This document shows, one piece after another, positions 1-9,730 of a stretch of 64,000 nt of DNA (positions are counted from its first letter, which is position 1; the number at the start of each line of letters is the position of its first letter). Source of the DNA: an uncultured Gemmatimonadales bacterium (lineage in GTDB: Bacteria > Gemmatimonadota > Gemmatimonadetes > Gemmatimonadales > GWC2-71-9); assembly GCA_963739455.1 (NCBI GenBank), contig CAVUAK010000001.1:640001-704000 (forward strand). The letters run 5' to 3'. Below the pieces are notes generated by a model. That model was not told the origin of the DNA and did no database searches. It saw only the letters and a list, made by a program, of their open reading frames with translations. The position numbers were made by a program, and so were the translations under genes.

Positions 1-651
1 CCACCACCAATCGCGCCATGACCAGCGATGCCTCGCGCGTGCTGGCGGAGGTGCAGTCGGCGGTGTTCGACAGCTGTGGCGAGCGAGGTGAACCGGCGCA
101 GCCTCAACCCGGGGGCGGAACTGCTGCTGCAGTGGGCAGCCGGTCGGGGAGACAGCGCCTCGGCGCGGCTCACGGCGCACGTGGCGTCGGTTACCGGCAT
201 GCCCGACGCCGTGCATCTCGTGGATGGAAGTGGATTGTCCTACGATAACCGCATGACGCCGCACGCCTTCATCAACTACCTGGCGCGCTACCCGCTGACG
301 CCCTCGGGTCGCGCGCTCCCCATGCTGCTCCCGGCCAACGGAACAGGAACGCTGCACAAGCTCTCCTCCGGGCTACCCGCCACCGGCGTTGTGCGCGCCA
401 AGACCGGGACGCTCGCGGAGGTATCCAATGTTGTCGGCTACCTCGGCCGGCCGAACGGCGTGCTGCTCATTGCGCTCATGTATGAGGGTCCCCGGCCGGC
501 GTCCGCCCGGCAGGCGGAGTGGCGGCTCTTCCGGATTCTCGGTGCCGACGGCGTGCTCATCCCATCGGACAGCTTCATCATGGATGACCCGCAACTGGGC
601 GGCGAAAGCGACAGCCTTGGCGCGGTCGTGGACGATACGACCGGGCCCTGA
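1..651 (+). CDS. dacB: D-alanyl-D-alanine carboxypeptidase/endopeptidase (PBP4, S13 family), 5'-partial; apparent frameshift near 75
   Basis: SxN (RRSLN), DGSGLS..NRMTP and KTGTL motifs. Confidence 0.85.
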
Positions 652-653
652 GT

Positions 654-1187
654 TCAGTCGTGGTCCCGCTCGTGCTCGTGTTCGTGCCGGCCGGTGCTGG
701 CGGAGTCGAGCATCACTGACTTGGTGACATCGGGAGGAGCCCAGAGCGGGCCAGTCGCTTCCGGGTGACGGATCTCGCCGCCCAGCCAGGCGGTCCGCGC
801 GATGACGCTCGTCGAGAAGAGCAGCGCGACCATCGTCGCCGTTCCCGCCCAGCGTGGCACGTCGCGGTCCTTCCTGCTCGACCAGAGACCGAGTGCCGCG
901 ATCGCTGCCGTTCCCAGCATGGTCCAGAGGGCCCAGTCGGCCGCTTCCTCGTGCTCGTGGATCAGGTCATGGTCAAAGCCCTGGACATCCTCGAGCTGTT
1001 CATGCGCCTCGTCGCCGGTGAAGAACGCCGGATAGGCCGACAGCCCCGCCAGCATCGTCACCACGAGGGCAAGACGGATGAAGTCGCGGCGACGGGTCAT
1101 CAGTGCCCAGAAGAGGAGCAGGAGCGCCACGACCGCCCCGATGACTGGCGCGTGGTTGATCATCAGGTGCAGGTGCGGATAGTTCAT
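654..1187 (-). CDS. DUF2231-like membrane protein with His-rich C-tail
   Basis: H..INHAP start, 4 hydrophobic segments, HEHEE, GGEIRH; AGGAG RBS before ATG 1187. Confidence 0.6.
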   Translation of the reverse strand: MNYPHLHLMINHAPVIGAVVALLLLFWALMTRRRDFIRLALVVTMLAGLSAYPAFFTGDEAHEQLEDVQGFDHDLIHEHEEAADWALWTMLGTAAIAALGLWSSRKDRDVPRWAGTATMVALLFSTSVIARTAWLGGEIRHPEATGPLWAPPDVTKSVMLDSASTGRHEHEHERDHD

Positions 1188-1371
1188 GGTCGAGCTCCTG
1201 AAAGATCCTGCGAGTCCGCGCGCCCCCTGGGGACAATGCTGCACGGAAGATCATTCGAATGGCGTGAAGCAACAATGAAGGGTGGCGGTATGCTGGACGC
1301 CCCCCGTTCGGCCCCGTAGCTTTGGGTCCGGGCCCTGCCCAGCACCACCTCACCATCCGAGAAACTGACCC

Positions 1372-3603
1372 ATGGCTATCGCCGCACCACCGATGGTCTC
1401 GCCCTCGAGCGAGGATGCCGCCGGGTTCACGCCATTCGTTCCCGCCTCGTCGAGCCCGGCCGAGCTGACCGTCAGGGCGCTGCTGCTGGGTGCCGTTCTC
1501 GGGGTGGTCTTCGCTGCGTCGAGCGTCTACCTCGCACTCAAGATCGGTCTCACGGTTTCGGCGTCGATTCCCATCGCGGTGCTGGCCGTGGCGTTCTTCC
1601 GGACCCTGGGTCGCTCCACCATCCTCGAGAACAACATCGTGCAGACCACCGGCTCGGCCGGTGAGTCGATCGCCGCCGGTGTGGTCTTCACCCTGCCGGC
1701 GATCCTGCTCATGGGCTACGACCTGAGCATCGCCAAGGTCGGCATCATCGCGGCGGTGGGTGGCATTCTTGGCATCCTGCTGATGATTCCGCTGCGGCGA
1801 GCGCTCATCGTCAAGGAGCACAAGACCCTCACCTATCCCGAGGGCACCGCCTGCGCCGAGGTACTCATCGCCGGCGAGAAGGGCGGGCTGCAGGCGAGGC
1901 TGCTGTTCCAGGCATTCGGCCTCGCCTTCGTCTACAAGTTCCTCATGGCGGGGCTCAAGCTCTGGAAGGAAGTCGCTACCAGGAGCTTCGTCTTCTTCAA
2001 GGGCGGTACGGTGTCCGCCGAGGTGTCGCCGGAACTGCTGGGCGTGGGTTACATCATCGGGCCACGCATCGCGGGCTACCTCTTCGCCGGCGGAACCCTC
2101 GCGTACCTGATGCTGGTGCCGGCCATCAAGTTCTTCGGCGAGGGCCTGACGTCACCACTCTTCCCGGCCACCATGCTCATCAAGGACATGAGCGCTGGCC
2201 AGGTGCGATCGAACTACATCTTCTACATCGGTGCAGGCGCAGTGGCCTCGGCGGGCATCATCGCACTGCTGCGCGCGCTGCCGACCATCGTGAGCGCCTT
2301 CCGCTCGGGCTTCCAGGACCTCAAGGGCAGCGTCGGCACCGCCACCACCCGGCTCCGCACCGACCTCGACCTGCCGATCTGGATCACCATCGTCGGCTCG
2401 CTCGCGCTGGCGCTGCTGCTCACCGTGCTCCCGCAGATCGGTGTCAACCTGCTGGGCGCGCTGCTCATCGTCGTCTTCGGGTTCTTCTTCGTGACGGTGT
2501 CCTCGCGGATCACCGGCGAGATCGGCACGAGTGCCAACCCGATCTCGGGCATGACGATCGCCGCGCTCATCGGGACCACCACAATTTTCCTGCTGCTTGG
2601 ATGGACCGGGGTGGACTACCGGGTGGGCGCACTCTCCATTGCGGGCGTGATTGCGGTCGCGTCCGGCAACGCCGGCGCCACCAGCCAGGACCTCAAGACA
2701 GGCTTCCTCGTTGGCGCTACCCCATGGCGACAGCAGGTGGCAATTGTGGTGGGGGCGGTCACCTCCGCAGTCGCCATCGGCTGGACGCTCACGCTGCTCA
2801 ACAACACCTACACGAATATCGTACCCGAGACGCACCCGGGCGTCGTGCTGGAGGCGGCGGCGCCCGGCGAGCACCTTCGCTCGGTGACGAGCACCGGCGA
2901 GACGCTGGAGCACGACGGCCGCTCGTGGGCGGTGTACCGGGTGAATATCGCGACCCAGGGCGTGCTTCCAGGGAAGTACCTCGTGGACCCGGCGACCAGG
3001 GAGATCGCGTTCCTGGTGGACCCCGGCATCGGGGGGCGGGTGCATGAGATCAACGGTGCCGCGGTGACGAAGCTCGACTCGCCCAAGGCGACGATCATGG
3101 CGCTCGTCACCGATGGCATCCTGACACAGAAGCTGCCGTGGGGACTCGTGCTGCTCGGCGTCTTCATCACCCTCGGCATCGAGCTGATGGGTGTGCAGTC
3201 GCTGCCGGTGGCGGTGGGCGTGTACCTCCCGATCTCCACCTCATCCGCGATGTTTGCCGGCGGGCTGGTGCGCTGGCTGGTGGAGCGACGCCTCCGGAAT
3301 GCGAGCCAGTCCATTGCCGACGTCGAGTCGGGTCCGGGCGTGCTCTTCTCGAGCGGGCTCATCGCCGGTGGCGCGATCGCCGGCATCGCGGTGGCCGGGC
3401 TGGCGACGTTCGTTGCGTCGGCGGCCGAGAGGGCCGGCGTGCCAGCGGCGGACTATGTCGCGCACCGCGCCGGTACCGAGGCGTTGATCGGAAGGTTCGT
3501 CACCGGTGGCTGGCAGGATGTCCTGGCGCTGGGCCTGTTCCTGCTGCTTGGGGCGCTGCTGTTCCGGGTCGCGAGCCGCACACAGGCCGGCGCCGGACGC
3601 TAG
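1372..3603 (+). CDS. OPT family oligopeptide transporter
   Basis: ELT.RA, YLALKIGLTVSASIP, ENNIVQT, YPEGTACAEVL, SQDLKTG motifs. Confidence 0.92.
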   Translation: MAIAAPPMVSPSSEDAAGFTPFVPASSSPAELTVRALLLGAVLGVVFAASSVYLALKIGLTVSASIPIAVLAVAFFRTLGRSTILENNIVQTTGSAGESIAAGVVFTLPAILLMGYDLSIAKVGIIAAVGGILGILLMIPLRRALIVKEHKTLTYPEGTACAEVLIAGEKGGLQARLLFQAFGLAFVYKFLMAGLKLWKEVATRSFVFFKGGTVSAEVSPELLGVGYIIGPRIAGYLFAGGTLAYLMLVPAIKFFGEGLTSPLFPATMLIKDMSAGQVRSNYIFYIGAGAVASAGIIALLRALPTIVSAFRSGFQDLKGSVGTATTRLRTDLDLPIWITIVGSLALALLLTVLPQIGVNLLGALLIVVFGFFFVTVSSRITGEIGTSANPISGMTIAALIGTTTIFLLLGWTGVDYRVGALSIAGVIAVASGNAGATSQDLKTGFLVGATPWRQQVAIVVGAVTSAVAIGWTLTLLNNTYTNIVPETHPGVVLEAAAPGEHLRSVTSTGETLEHDGRSWAVYRVNIATQGVLPGKYLVDPATREIAFLVDPGIGGRVHEINGAAVTKLDSPKATIMALVTDGILTQKLPWGLVLLGVFITLGIELMGVQSLPVAVGVYLPISTSSAMFAGGLVRWLVERRLRNASQSIADVESGPGVLFSSGLIAGGAIAGIAVAGLATFVASAAERAGVPAADYVAHRAGTEALIGRFVTGGWQDVLALGLFLLLGALLFRVASRTQAGAGR

Positions 3604-3607
3604 CTGC

Positions 3608-5212
3608 ATGAGCACCACGCAGTCGGTCCTGCAGCTGGTTGTGCTGCTCCTGTCGCTCGTGCTCACGCTGGGCGCGTTCGCCCGTCGCTTGCCCATTCCC
3701 TACCCTATCGTGCTCGTGCTGGGCGGACTGGCCATGAGCTTCGTGCCGGGCCTGCCCGAGGCGCCGCTCGGACCGGAACTGATCTTCACCATCTTCCTGC
3801 CGCCGGTACTGTGGGCTGCCGCGTTCGAGAGCGACCTGCGGCAACTCCGGCGCGGGGCCATGCCGATCGCGCTGCTGGCAATTGGCCTCGTGGTCGCGAC
3901 CACGGTCGCCGTGGCGTGGGTAGCGCACGTCACGATGCCCGGCATTGCCTGGTCGTCGGCGTACATCCTTGGCGCGGTTGTATCCTCGACCGACGCCGTC
4001 GCCGCCACCGCGGTGGCACGACGTCTCGGCATCCCGCGACCGCTCATTGCCCAGCTCGAGGGCGAGAGCCTTCTTAATGACGCCAGCGCCCTGGTGCTCT
4101 ACACCGCCGCCGTCACGGCGCGCGTCAGCGGAGAGTTCTCCGTCAGGGGCGCCCTCGGGGATTTCGTCTACGACGCGCTGGGCGGCATCACCGTCGGCAT
4201 CGCGGTGGCATTCGCGCTGCATCTCGTGTCGCGCCTCACGCGCGACAGCGTGAGCAACGTCGCCCTGACGGTGCTGGCGGCATACATCTCCTGGATCCTG
4301 GGGGAAAAGGTCGGTGCCTCCGCCGTGCTTGCGTGTGTGGCCTGTGGCCTCACCATGCGACGCCATTTCCTGACCACCGGGTCGTCGGCCACCCGGGTGC
4401 AGACCGCCGAGGTGTGGGGGCTGCTCGTCTTCGTCCTTAACGGCTTCATCTTCGTGCTGCTGGGGCTCGAGTGGCCCAAGCTGGCAGTGGACCTGCCGCC
4501 GGGCGGGCTGCGCGCCTTCGCGATGCCCATGGCGGCTGTGTGTGCCACAGTCATCCTGGTGCGCCTGGCCTGGTTGCCGATCATGACGTATGGTGCGCGC
4601 GCGCTCATTCCGAGCAAGCGCAAGGGACCACTTCCGCCTCGGGGGTGGATGCTCCTTGCCGGCTGGACCGGGATGCGTGGCATCGTGACACTCGCCGCGG
4701 CGCTGGCCGTTCCCACGGTGTCGCTCACGGGGGAAGCGCTTCCGTATCGTGGGCGCATCGTCATCATCTCCTTCGCCGTCATCCTCGTCACGCTCGTGCT
4801 CCAGGGGCTCACCCTGGCCCCGCTCATCCGATGGCTGGGGCTCAAGGACGATGGTGAGGGGGCGCGGGAGCTGCACCTGGCCCGCCGAACCGCGCTCGAC
4901 GCCTCGGTAGCGCGCCTCGACGCAATCAAGCAGGCCGGTCCGTCCGACCCGCAGCTGGTCGAGATGAACCGGGCCTTCTATTCCGCGCGCCAGGAACGCG
5001 CGCAGAGCCTCGAAGGCCTCGACCCGGAAGTTGCGCACGCATCGCGCGAGGCCCTGGCGGCGCAACGCAGCGAGCTCATCGAGGCACAGCGGCAGGCGGT
5101 GATTGCACTCTGGCGAGCCGGCACCATCACCGACCAGACGCTGGCGGACGCCGAGCGGGAAATCGACCTGGAAGACCTCATGTTCGACGCCCGAAGGGAC
5201 GGCAGCACGTGA
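3608..5212 (+). CDS. CPA1 family Na+/H+ antiporter (copy 1)
   Basis: FLPPVL, STDAVA, EGESLLND, GMRGIVTLA, LVLQGLT motifs. Confidence 0.9.
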   Translation: MSTTQSVLQLVVLLLSLVLTLGAFARRLPIPYPIVLVLGGLAMSFVPGLPEAPLGPELIFTIFLPPVLWAAAFESDLRQLRRGAMPIALLAIGLVVATTVAVAWVAHVTMPGIAWSSAYILGAVVSSTDAVAATAVARRLGIPRPLIAQLEGESLLNDASALVLYTAAVTARVSGEFSVRGALGDFVYDALGGITVGIAVAFALHLVSRLTRDSVSNVALTVLAAYISWILGEKVGASAVLACVACGLTMRRHFLTTGSSATRVQTAEVWGLLVFVLNGFIFVLLGLEWPKLAVDLPPGGLRAFAMPMAAVCATVILVRLAWLPIMTYGARALIPSKRKGPLPPRGWMLLAGWTGMRGIVTLAAALAVPTVSLTGEALPYRGRIVIISFAVILVTLVLQGLTLAPLIRWLGLKDDGEGARELHLARRTALDASVARLDAIKQAGPSDPQLVEMNRAFYSARQERAQSLEGLDPEVAHASREALAAQRSELIEAQRQAVIALWRAGTITDQTLADAEREIDLEDLMFDARRDGST

Positions 5213-6834
5213 ACGAGACGTTTGCCCGAGCCGAGCTGTTCGTGGTCCTGCTGGCGGCCATGCTTGCGCTCACCGCATTCGCGCGCCGCCTGATGGTGCC
5301 GTACCCGATCCTGCTGGTGCTGGGCGGGCTCGCGCTGGCGTTCATTCCCGGTGTTCCGGAGGTCGCCCTCCAGCCCGACCTGGTGTTCGTCCTGTTCCTG
5401 CCGCCGATCCTCTGGGGTGCCGCATACTTCACGTCACTGCGCGACTTCAAGCGCAACCTCCGATCGATTACCGGACTCGCTCTTGGCCTGGTCCTGCTCA
5501 CCACCCTCGTGGTGGGATGGGTCGCGCACGAGCTCATCCCCGGCATGAGCTGGGCCGTTGCGCTCTGCCTGGGAGCGATCGTATCGCCACCCGACGCGGT
5601 CGCCGCCACAGCCGTGATGAGCCGCATCGGTGTCCCGCGCCAGGTGATCGCCGTGCTCGAGGGCGAGAGCCTGGTGAACGACGCAAGCGCCCTGGTGCTT
5701 TATCGCGCCGCGGTCGTGGCCATCGTGTCGGGAGTATTCTCGATTGGCGCCACCATCGGCAGCTTCTTTGTGGTGGCGACGGTGGGGATCCTGGTCGGGT
5801 TCGCCGCCGGCTGGTTGACTCGCTGGGCCGTCCGTCACATGGCCGAGGGGTATGGCCAGATCGCGCTCACCCTGCTGGGGCCGTACGTGGCGTGGATCAC
5901 CGCCGAACGACTGCATGGGTCCGCCGTGCTCGCATGCGTTGTGGGCGGTATCTACGTCCGGCAGTACTTCAGCGCCGAGGTATCACCGGTGGTACGGCTG
6001 CAGTCGCGCAGTGTGTGGGAGCTGCTGATCTTCCTCCTCAACGGCGTCATCTTCATCCTCATCGGGTTGCAGCTTGGCCCCCTGCGGCGAACCCTACCCG
6101 AGGGCAGCATGGGCCAGGTGCTGCGGTGGGGCGTGATCATCACGCTCACCGCCATCATTGTCCGGCTGGCATGGCTGCCGGTGGGCGCGCGACTGGTACG
6201 GATCGACCGGAAGTACCGGGAGAAGAATCCACTGCCGCCCGCCCGCGCCATTTTCATCGTGGGCTGGACCGGCATGCGCGGCATCGTGTCGCTTGCCACG
6301 GCGCTGGCGCTGCCGCTGGCCATCTCCGACGGCACGCCGATGCCGTACCGGTCCGAGATCATCCTCATCACCTTTGTCGTGATCCTGGGTACGCTCGTCG
6401 TGCAGGGACTTACGGTGGCGCCGCTGGCGCGCCTGCTTGGCCTCTCGGCGGTCGACGACACCTTCGAGCGTGAACAGCGGCTCGCGCGGGAGCAGGCAGC
6501 GCAGGCCGCCATCGTCCGCGTGGACGAGGTCGCACAGGAGGACTGGGTGCCACCCTCGATCGCCACGCAGGTCCGCGCCCACTACGAGCACCGGCTCCAG
6601 CGCTTTCATCCCGATGCGGCGCTGGACCCGGCTTGCAGCGCGGAGCAGGCGGATGCCCAGCGTCGATTGCGACACGAGGCACTGACAGCGGAGCGTCGCA
6701 CCTTGATCAAGCTCCGCAACGAGGGCGAGATCAGCGACGACGTCATGCACCACATCGAGCGCGAACTCGACCTGGAGGCCCTGCGACAAGGCCTCGGCGA
6801 CCTCACCCTCAACGCGTCGGCCGCGTCGGCCTGA
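5209..6834 (+). CDS. CPA1 family Na+/H+ antiporter (copy 2)
   Basis: FLPPIL, PPDAVA, EGESLVND, GMRGIVSLA; GTGA overlap with copy 1. Confidence 0.9.
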   Translation: MNETFARAELFVVLLAAMLALTAFARRLMVPYPILLVLGGLALAFIPGVPEVALQPDLVFVLFLPPILWGAAYFTSLRDFKRNLRSITGLALGLVLLTTLVVGWVAHELIPGMSWAVALCLGAIVSPPDAVAATAVMSRIGVPRQVIAVLEGESLVNDASALVLYRAAVVAIVSGVFSIGATIGSFFVVATVGILVGFAAGWLTRWAVRHMAEGYGQIALTLLGPYVAWITAERLHGSAVLACVVGGIYVRQYFSAEVSPVVRLQSRSVWELLIFLLNGVIFILIGLQLGPLRRTLPEGSMGQVLRWGVIITLTAIIVRLAWLPVGARLVRIDRKYREKNPLPPARAIFIVGWTGMRGIVSLATALALPLAISDGTPMPYRSEIILITFVVILGTLVVQGLTVAPLARLLGLSAVDDTFEREQRLAREQAAQAAIVRVDEVAQEDWVPPSIATQVRAHYEHRLQRFHPDAALDPACSAEQADAQRRLRHEALTAERRTLIKLRNEGEISDDVMHHIERELDLEALRQGLGDLTLNASAASA

Positions 6835-6867
6835 CGCGCGGCGCCGATCGGGATATCTTTGCCCGCC

Positions 6868-7938
6868 ATGGACGACTCCTCCCTGAAGTTCCTCAAGACT
6901 TTGCTCGGCACCCCCGGGCCATCTTCATACGAAATTGCGCCGGCGCGGCTGTGGCGAACGGAAGCCGGGAAGGTGACCAGCGCGGTGCGCGGCGACGTGG
7001 CCGGCAACTCCTACGCGACCCTGGCCGGCAGCGGCGGGCCGGCGGTCATGCTCGCGGGTCATATCGACGAGATCGGCGTCATCATTACCCACATCGACGA
7101 GCAGGGATACCTGAGCTTCGATGGCATCGGCGGATGGGATGCGCAGGTGTTCGTGGGCCAGCGGGTGACGCTGCTGGGGCGCGCCGGGCAGGTGACGGGT
7201 GTGGTCGGCAAGAAGGCGATCCACCTGATGGACAAGGACGAGCGCGAGAAGGTCTCCAAGATCGAGGATCTCTGGATCGACATCGGCGCCACGACCAGGG
7301 CCGAGGCCGAGACCCACGTGCGAATGGGCGACGCCGGTGTCCTCGCGGCCGGTCCGCTGGAACTGCCCAATGGGCGCCTGGTGAGCCGCAGCCTCGACAA
7401 CCGCGTTGGGGCCTTCGTGGTCCTCGAGGCGCTTCGCCTGCTCAAGGCCGGAGGACCGGCGGCGGCCACGGTCACGGCGGTCGCGACAACGCGGGAAGAG
7501 ATTTCCTACACCGGCGGCGGCGCGCGCACTTCCGCGGCCGACCTGCAGGCCGTGGCGGCACTGGTGGTGGACGTAACGCATGCCACCGACTATCCCGGAC
7601 TCGATAAGCGAAAGCACGGCGAGTACAAGCTCGGCGGCGGCCCGGCAATCGGTCGGGGCGCGTCCCTCAGCACCATGGTGTCGGATCAGCTGATCGAGGC
7701 GGCGGAGGCGGAGAAGATCCCGTACTCAATCGAGGCGGCATCGCGCGACACGCACACCGACGCCGAGGCGATCTTCAACAGCCATCGGGGCGTGGCTACG
7801 GGGCTGGTATCGGTGCCGCTGCGCTACATGCACAGCCCGAACGAGATGGTGTTGCTGGAAGACATCGCGAACACGGCGAAGCTGCTGGCGGCATTCTGTC
7901 GACGGGTCAAGCCGGAAATGGATTTTGTGCCCAGATAG
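6868..7938 (+). CDS. M42 family metallopeptidase
   Basis: GHIDEIG, LDNR, REEI, VDVTH, YMHSP motifs. Confidence 0.9.
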   Translation: MDDSSLKFLKTLLGTPGPSSYEIAPARLWRTEAGKVTSAVRGDVAGNSYATLAGSGGPAVMLAGHIDEIGVIITHIDEQGYLSFDGIGGWDAQVFVGQRVTLLGRAGQVTGVVGKKAIHLMDKDEREKVSKIEDLWIDIGATTRAEAETHVRMGDAGVLAAGPLELPNGRLVSRSLDNRVGAFVVLEALRLLKAGGPAAATVTAVATTREEISYTGGGARTSAADLQAVAALVVDVTHATDYPGLDKRKHGEYKLGGGPAIGRGASLSTMVSDQLIEAAEAEKIPYSIEAASRDTHTDAEAIFNSHRGVATGLVSVPLRYMHSPNEMVLLEDIANTAKLLAAFCRRVKPEMDFVPR

Positions 7939-8006
7939 CTAGCGGCGGAAAAACCGGCAGCGAAAGAACCGACGGCAGAGAGACCAGGAGCGTGAGGTGG
8001 ACTACC

Positions 8007-9518
8007 TCACGCTCTTTTCATTCCTGCCAGCGCTTCCTGCGCGGCATCCCGAACGCTCTGTTCGTCATCGCCCAGCAGGCCCTGGAGCGCCGTCGCCGCC
8101 GGCGCACTGCCTGCGACGCGAAGGCCGGCGATCGCCGCAAGGCGGGTGGCGAGCGGCCGCCGATTGAAGAGGCGGCGCCCGGGGGCCGCGGCGCGCGACA
8201 GTGCCTGGACCGCGTCGGGTGTACCGATGCGGCCGAGAGCCAGCAGGAGCTCCTTCAGCACGTCAGGGTTGGTCTCTTCCTCGAGCGCCAGTGCCAGCGA
8301 CATGGCCAGGCCGCGCGAGCGGGTGCCATCGAGTCCCTGCACTGCCTGGAGCCGCACCTGGGGCGACGCGTCGTGGAGCAACTGCCGGAGGGGCTCGACG
8401 GCGAGCGCGGTACCAATCTTGGCCAGCGCCCCCGCTACCGCGCGGCGCACACGCTCATCGGCATGATTGACGTGCCGCGCCAGCTGCGGCACGGTGTCCT
8501 CGGCACGCAGGTCGCCACAGAGCTCCGCGACGTTGCGCACCACGAACCATTCATCGTGCAGGAGCAGGCGGCCCAGCAGCGGCGATGCCGTGTTCACCTG
8601 CCGGAGCGCGTTGTAGAGCGCGCGACGCTGCTCCATCGACTCCGACTCGACCAGCTCGTGCAGCAGCGTCTCCGATGCGTCAGCGCCGGCGTGCTTGAGC
8701 ACCTCGAGTGCGTCCTGCCGCCTCGGCCCGGCGGTGAGCTTGGCGATCTGCTCGACGGCCTTTGACGGCAGCATGCGGCGAATGGCAATCTGGTACGCGC
8801 GCTTGAGTTCGCCTTCGGGAAGGTCGCGCTCGAGGCGCGCGACCGCAGCCGCAGTCGTCACGAGCGAATCGTAGTCCCGCTCCCGCAGCGCCGAGTCCAC
8901 TCCCGCCACGACCGACTCCAGTCGGCCGGGCGCATCGGGACCAGTCGGGTCGGCCTCGAGCTGGCGCAGTGCCTCCACCCGCTCTTCCCCCGGGACGCGG
9001 CCCAGGTGCCGATAGGCATGCGCCTCGCCGAGTTCGGTGGGGAGCGCCGAGCCGTGCATGATTTCATCACCGGCAATGAAGCCAGTCGCCTGGTTCACCT
9101 GCTCAGTGTCCCCCGCTTCCTCGCCGAGCGCACCAATGCGCACCAGTTGCCTGATGTCCGGATCGATGTCGGCCACGAGATGCTCGACCGATTCGAAGCG
9201 GCCCACCGGCGACGACATGGCCCGCAGCACCGACAGCACCGCGGCCGGCGGCAGTCCGCCGGGCAGGCGCACGGAGGCAATGCCATGCCCCCGCAGGTGG
9301 TCGACAAGTTCGCCCACGCCAGGGAGCTCGGTGGTGACTTGCCCGCCGGAGAGGTCGACGCCGGACTCCGAGACCCGGAGCTCAAGCGGCCCGTCACCCA
9401 GGGCCACGAGGAACGCCTTGAAGGCCCTCGCCTGATCCTCACGGCGGGGTGGCTGGGCGCGCAGCAGCGTGAGCACCGAGCTCATCGTAGCCGCGATCGC
9501 CGCCGCAGGTTGACTCAT
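8007..9518 (-). CDS. HEAT-repeat domain protein
   Basis: C-terminal PBS-lyase/HEAT repeats (WFVVRNVAELCG, DERVRRAVAGAL, SPQVRLQAV). Confidence 0.75.
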   Translation of the reverse strand: MSQPAAAIAATMSSVLTLLRAQPPRREDQARAFKAFLVALGDGPLELRVSESGVDLSGGQVTTELPGVGELVDHLRGHGIASVRLPGGLPPAAVLSVLRAMSSPVGRFESVEHLVADIDPDIRQLVRIGALGEEAGDTEQVNQATGFIAGDEIMHGSALPTELGEAHAYRHLGRVPGEERVEALRQLEADPTGPDAPGRLESVVAGVDSALRERDYDSLVTTAAAVARLERDLPEGELKRAYQIAIRRMLPSKAVEQIAKLTAGPRRQDALEVLKHAGADASETLLHELVESESMEQRRALYNALRQVNTASPLLGRLLLHDEWFVVRNVAELCGDLRAEDTVPQLARHVNHADERVRRAVAGALAKIGTALAVEPLRQLLHDASPQVRLQAVQGLDGTRSRGLAMSLALALEEETNPDVLKELLLALGRIGTPDAVQALSRAAAPGRRLFNRRPLATRLAAIAGLRVAGSAPAATALQGLLGDDEQSVRDAAQEALAGMKRA

Positions 9519-9730
9519 CAGCGTTCCGGTCACCACAGGCTGCTTTCCTTGACGACGCTTTGTGACATCGCAGCAAAAGATCACTTAAAGCAATGCGATA
9601 CAACATGTTACGAATGCCAGCCGCCCCTCGGTTCCCCTGAGTTGGCGAGAAGCGGATGTGCAAGGCGCTTGCCATCCGTGGAAACCCGGTTGAGGCCGGG
9701 CCCGGCGCGGCCTAACATTGGTGCCTCTCA

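Noticed and set aside
7939..8000. Degenerate ~15-nt purine-rich repeats between convergent genes
   Set aside because: Too short and too divergent to distinguish from chance.
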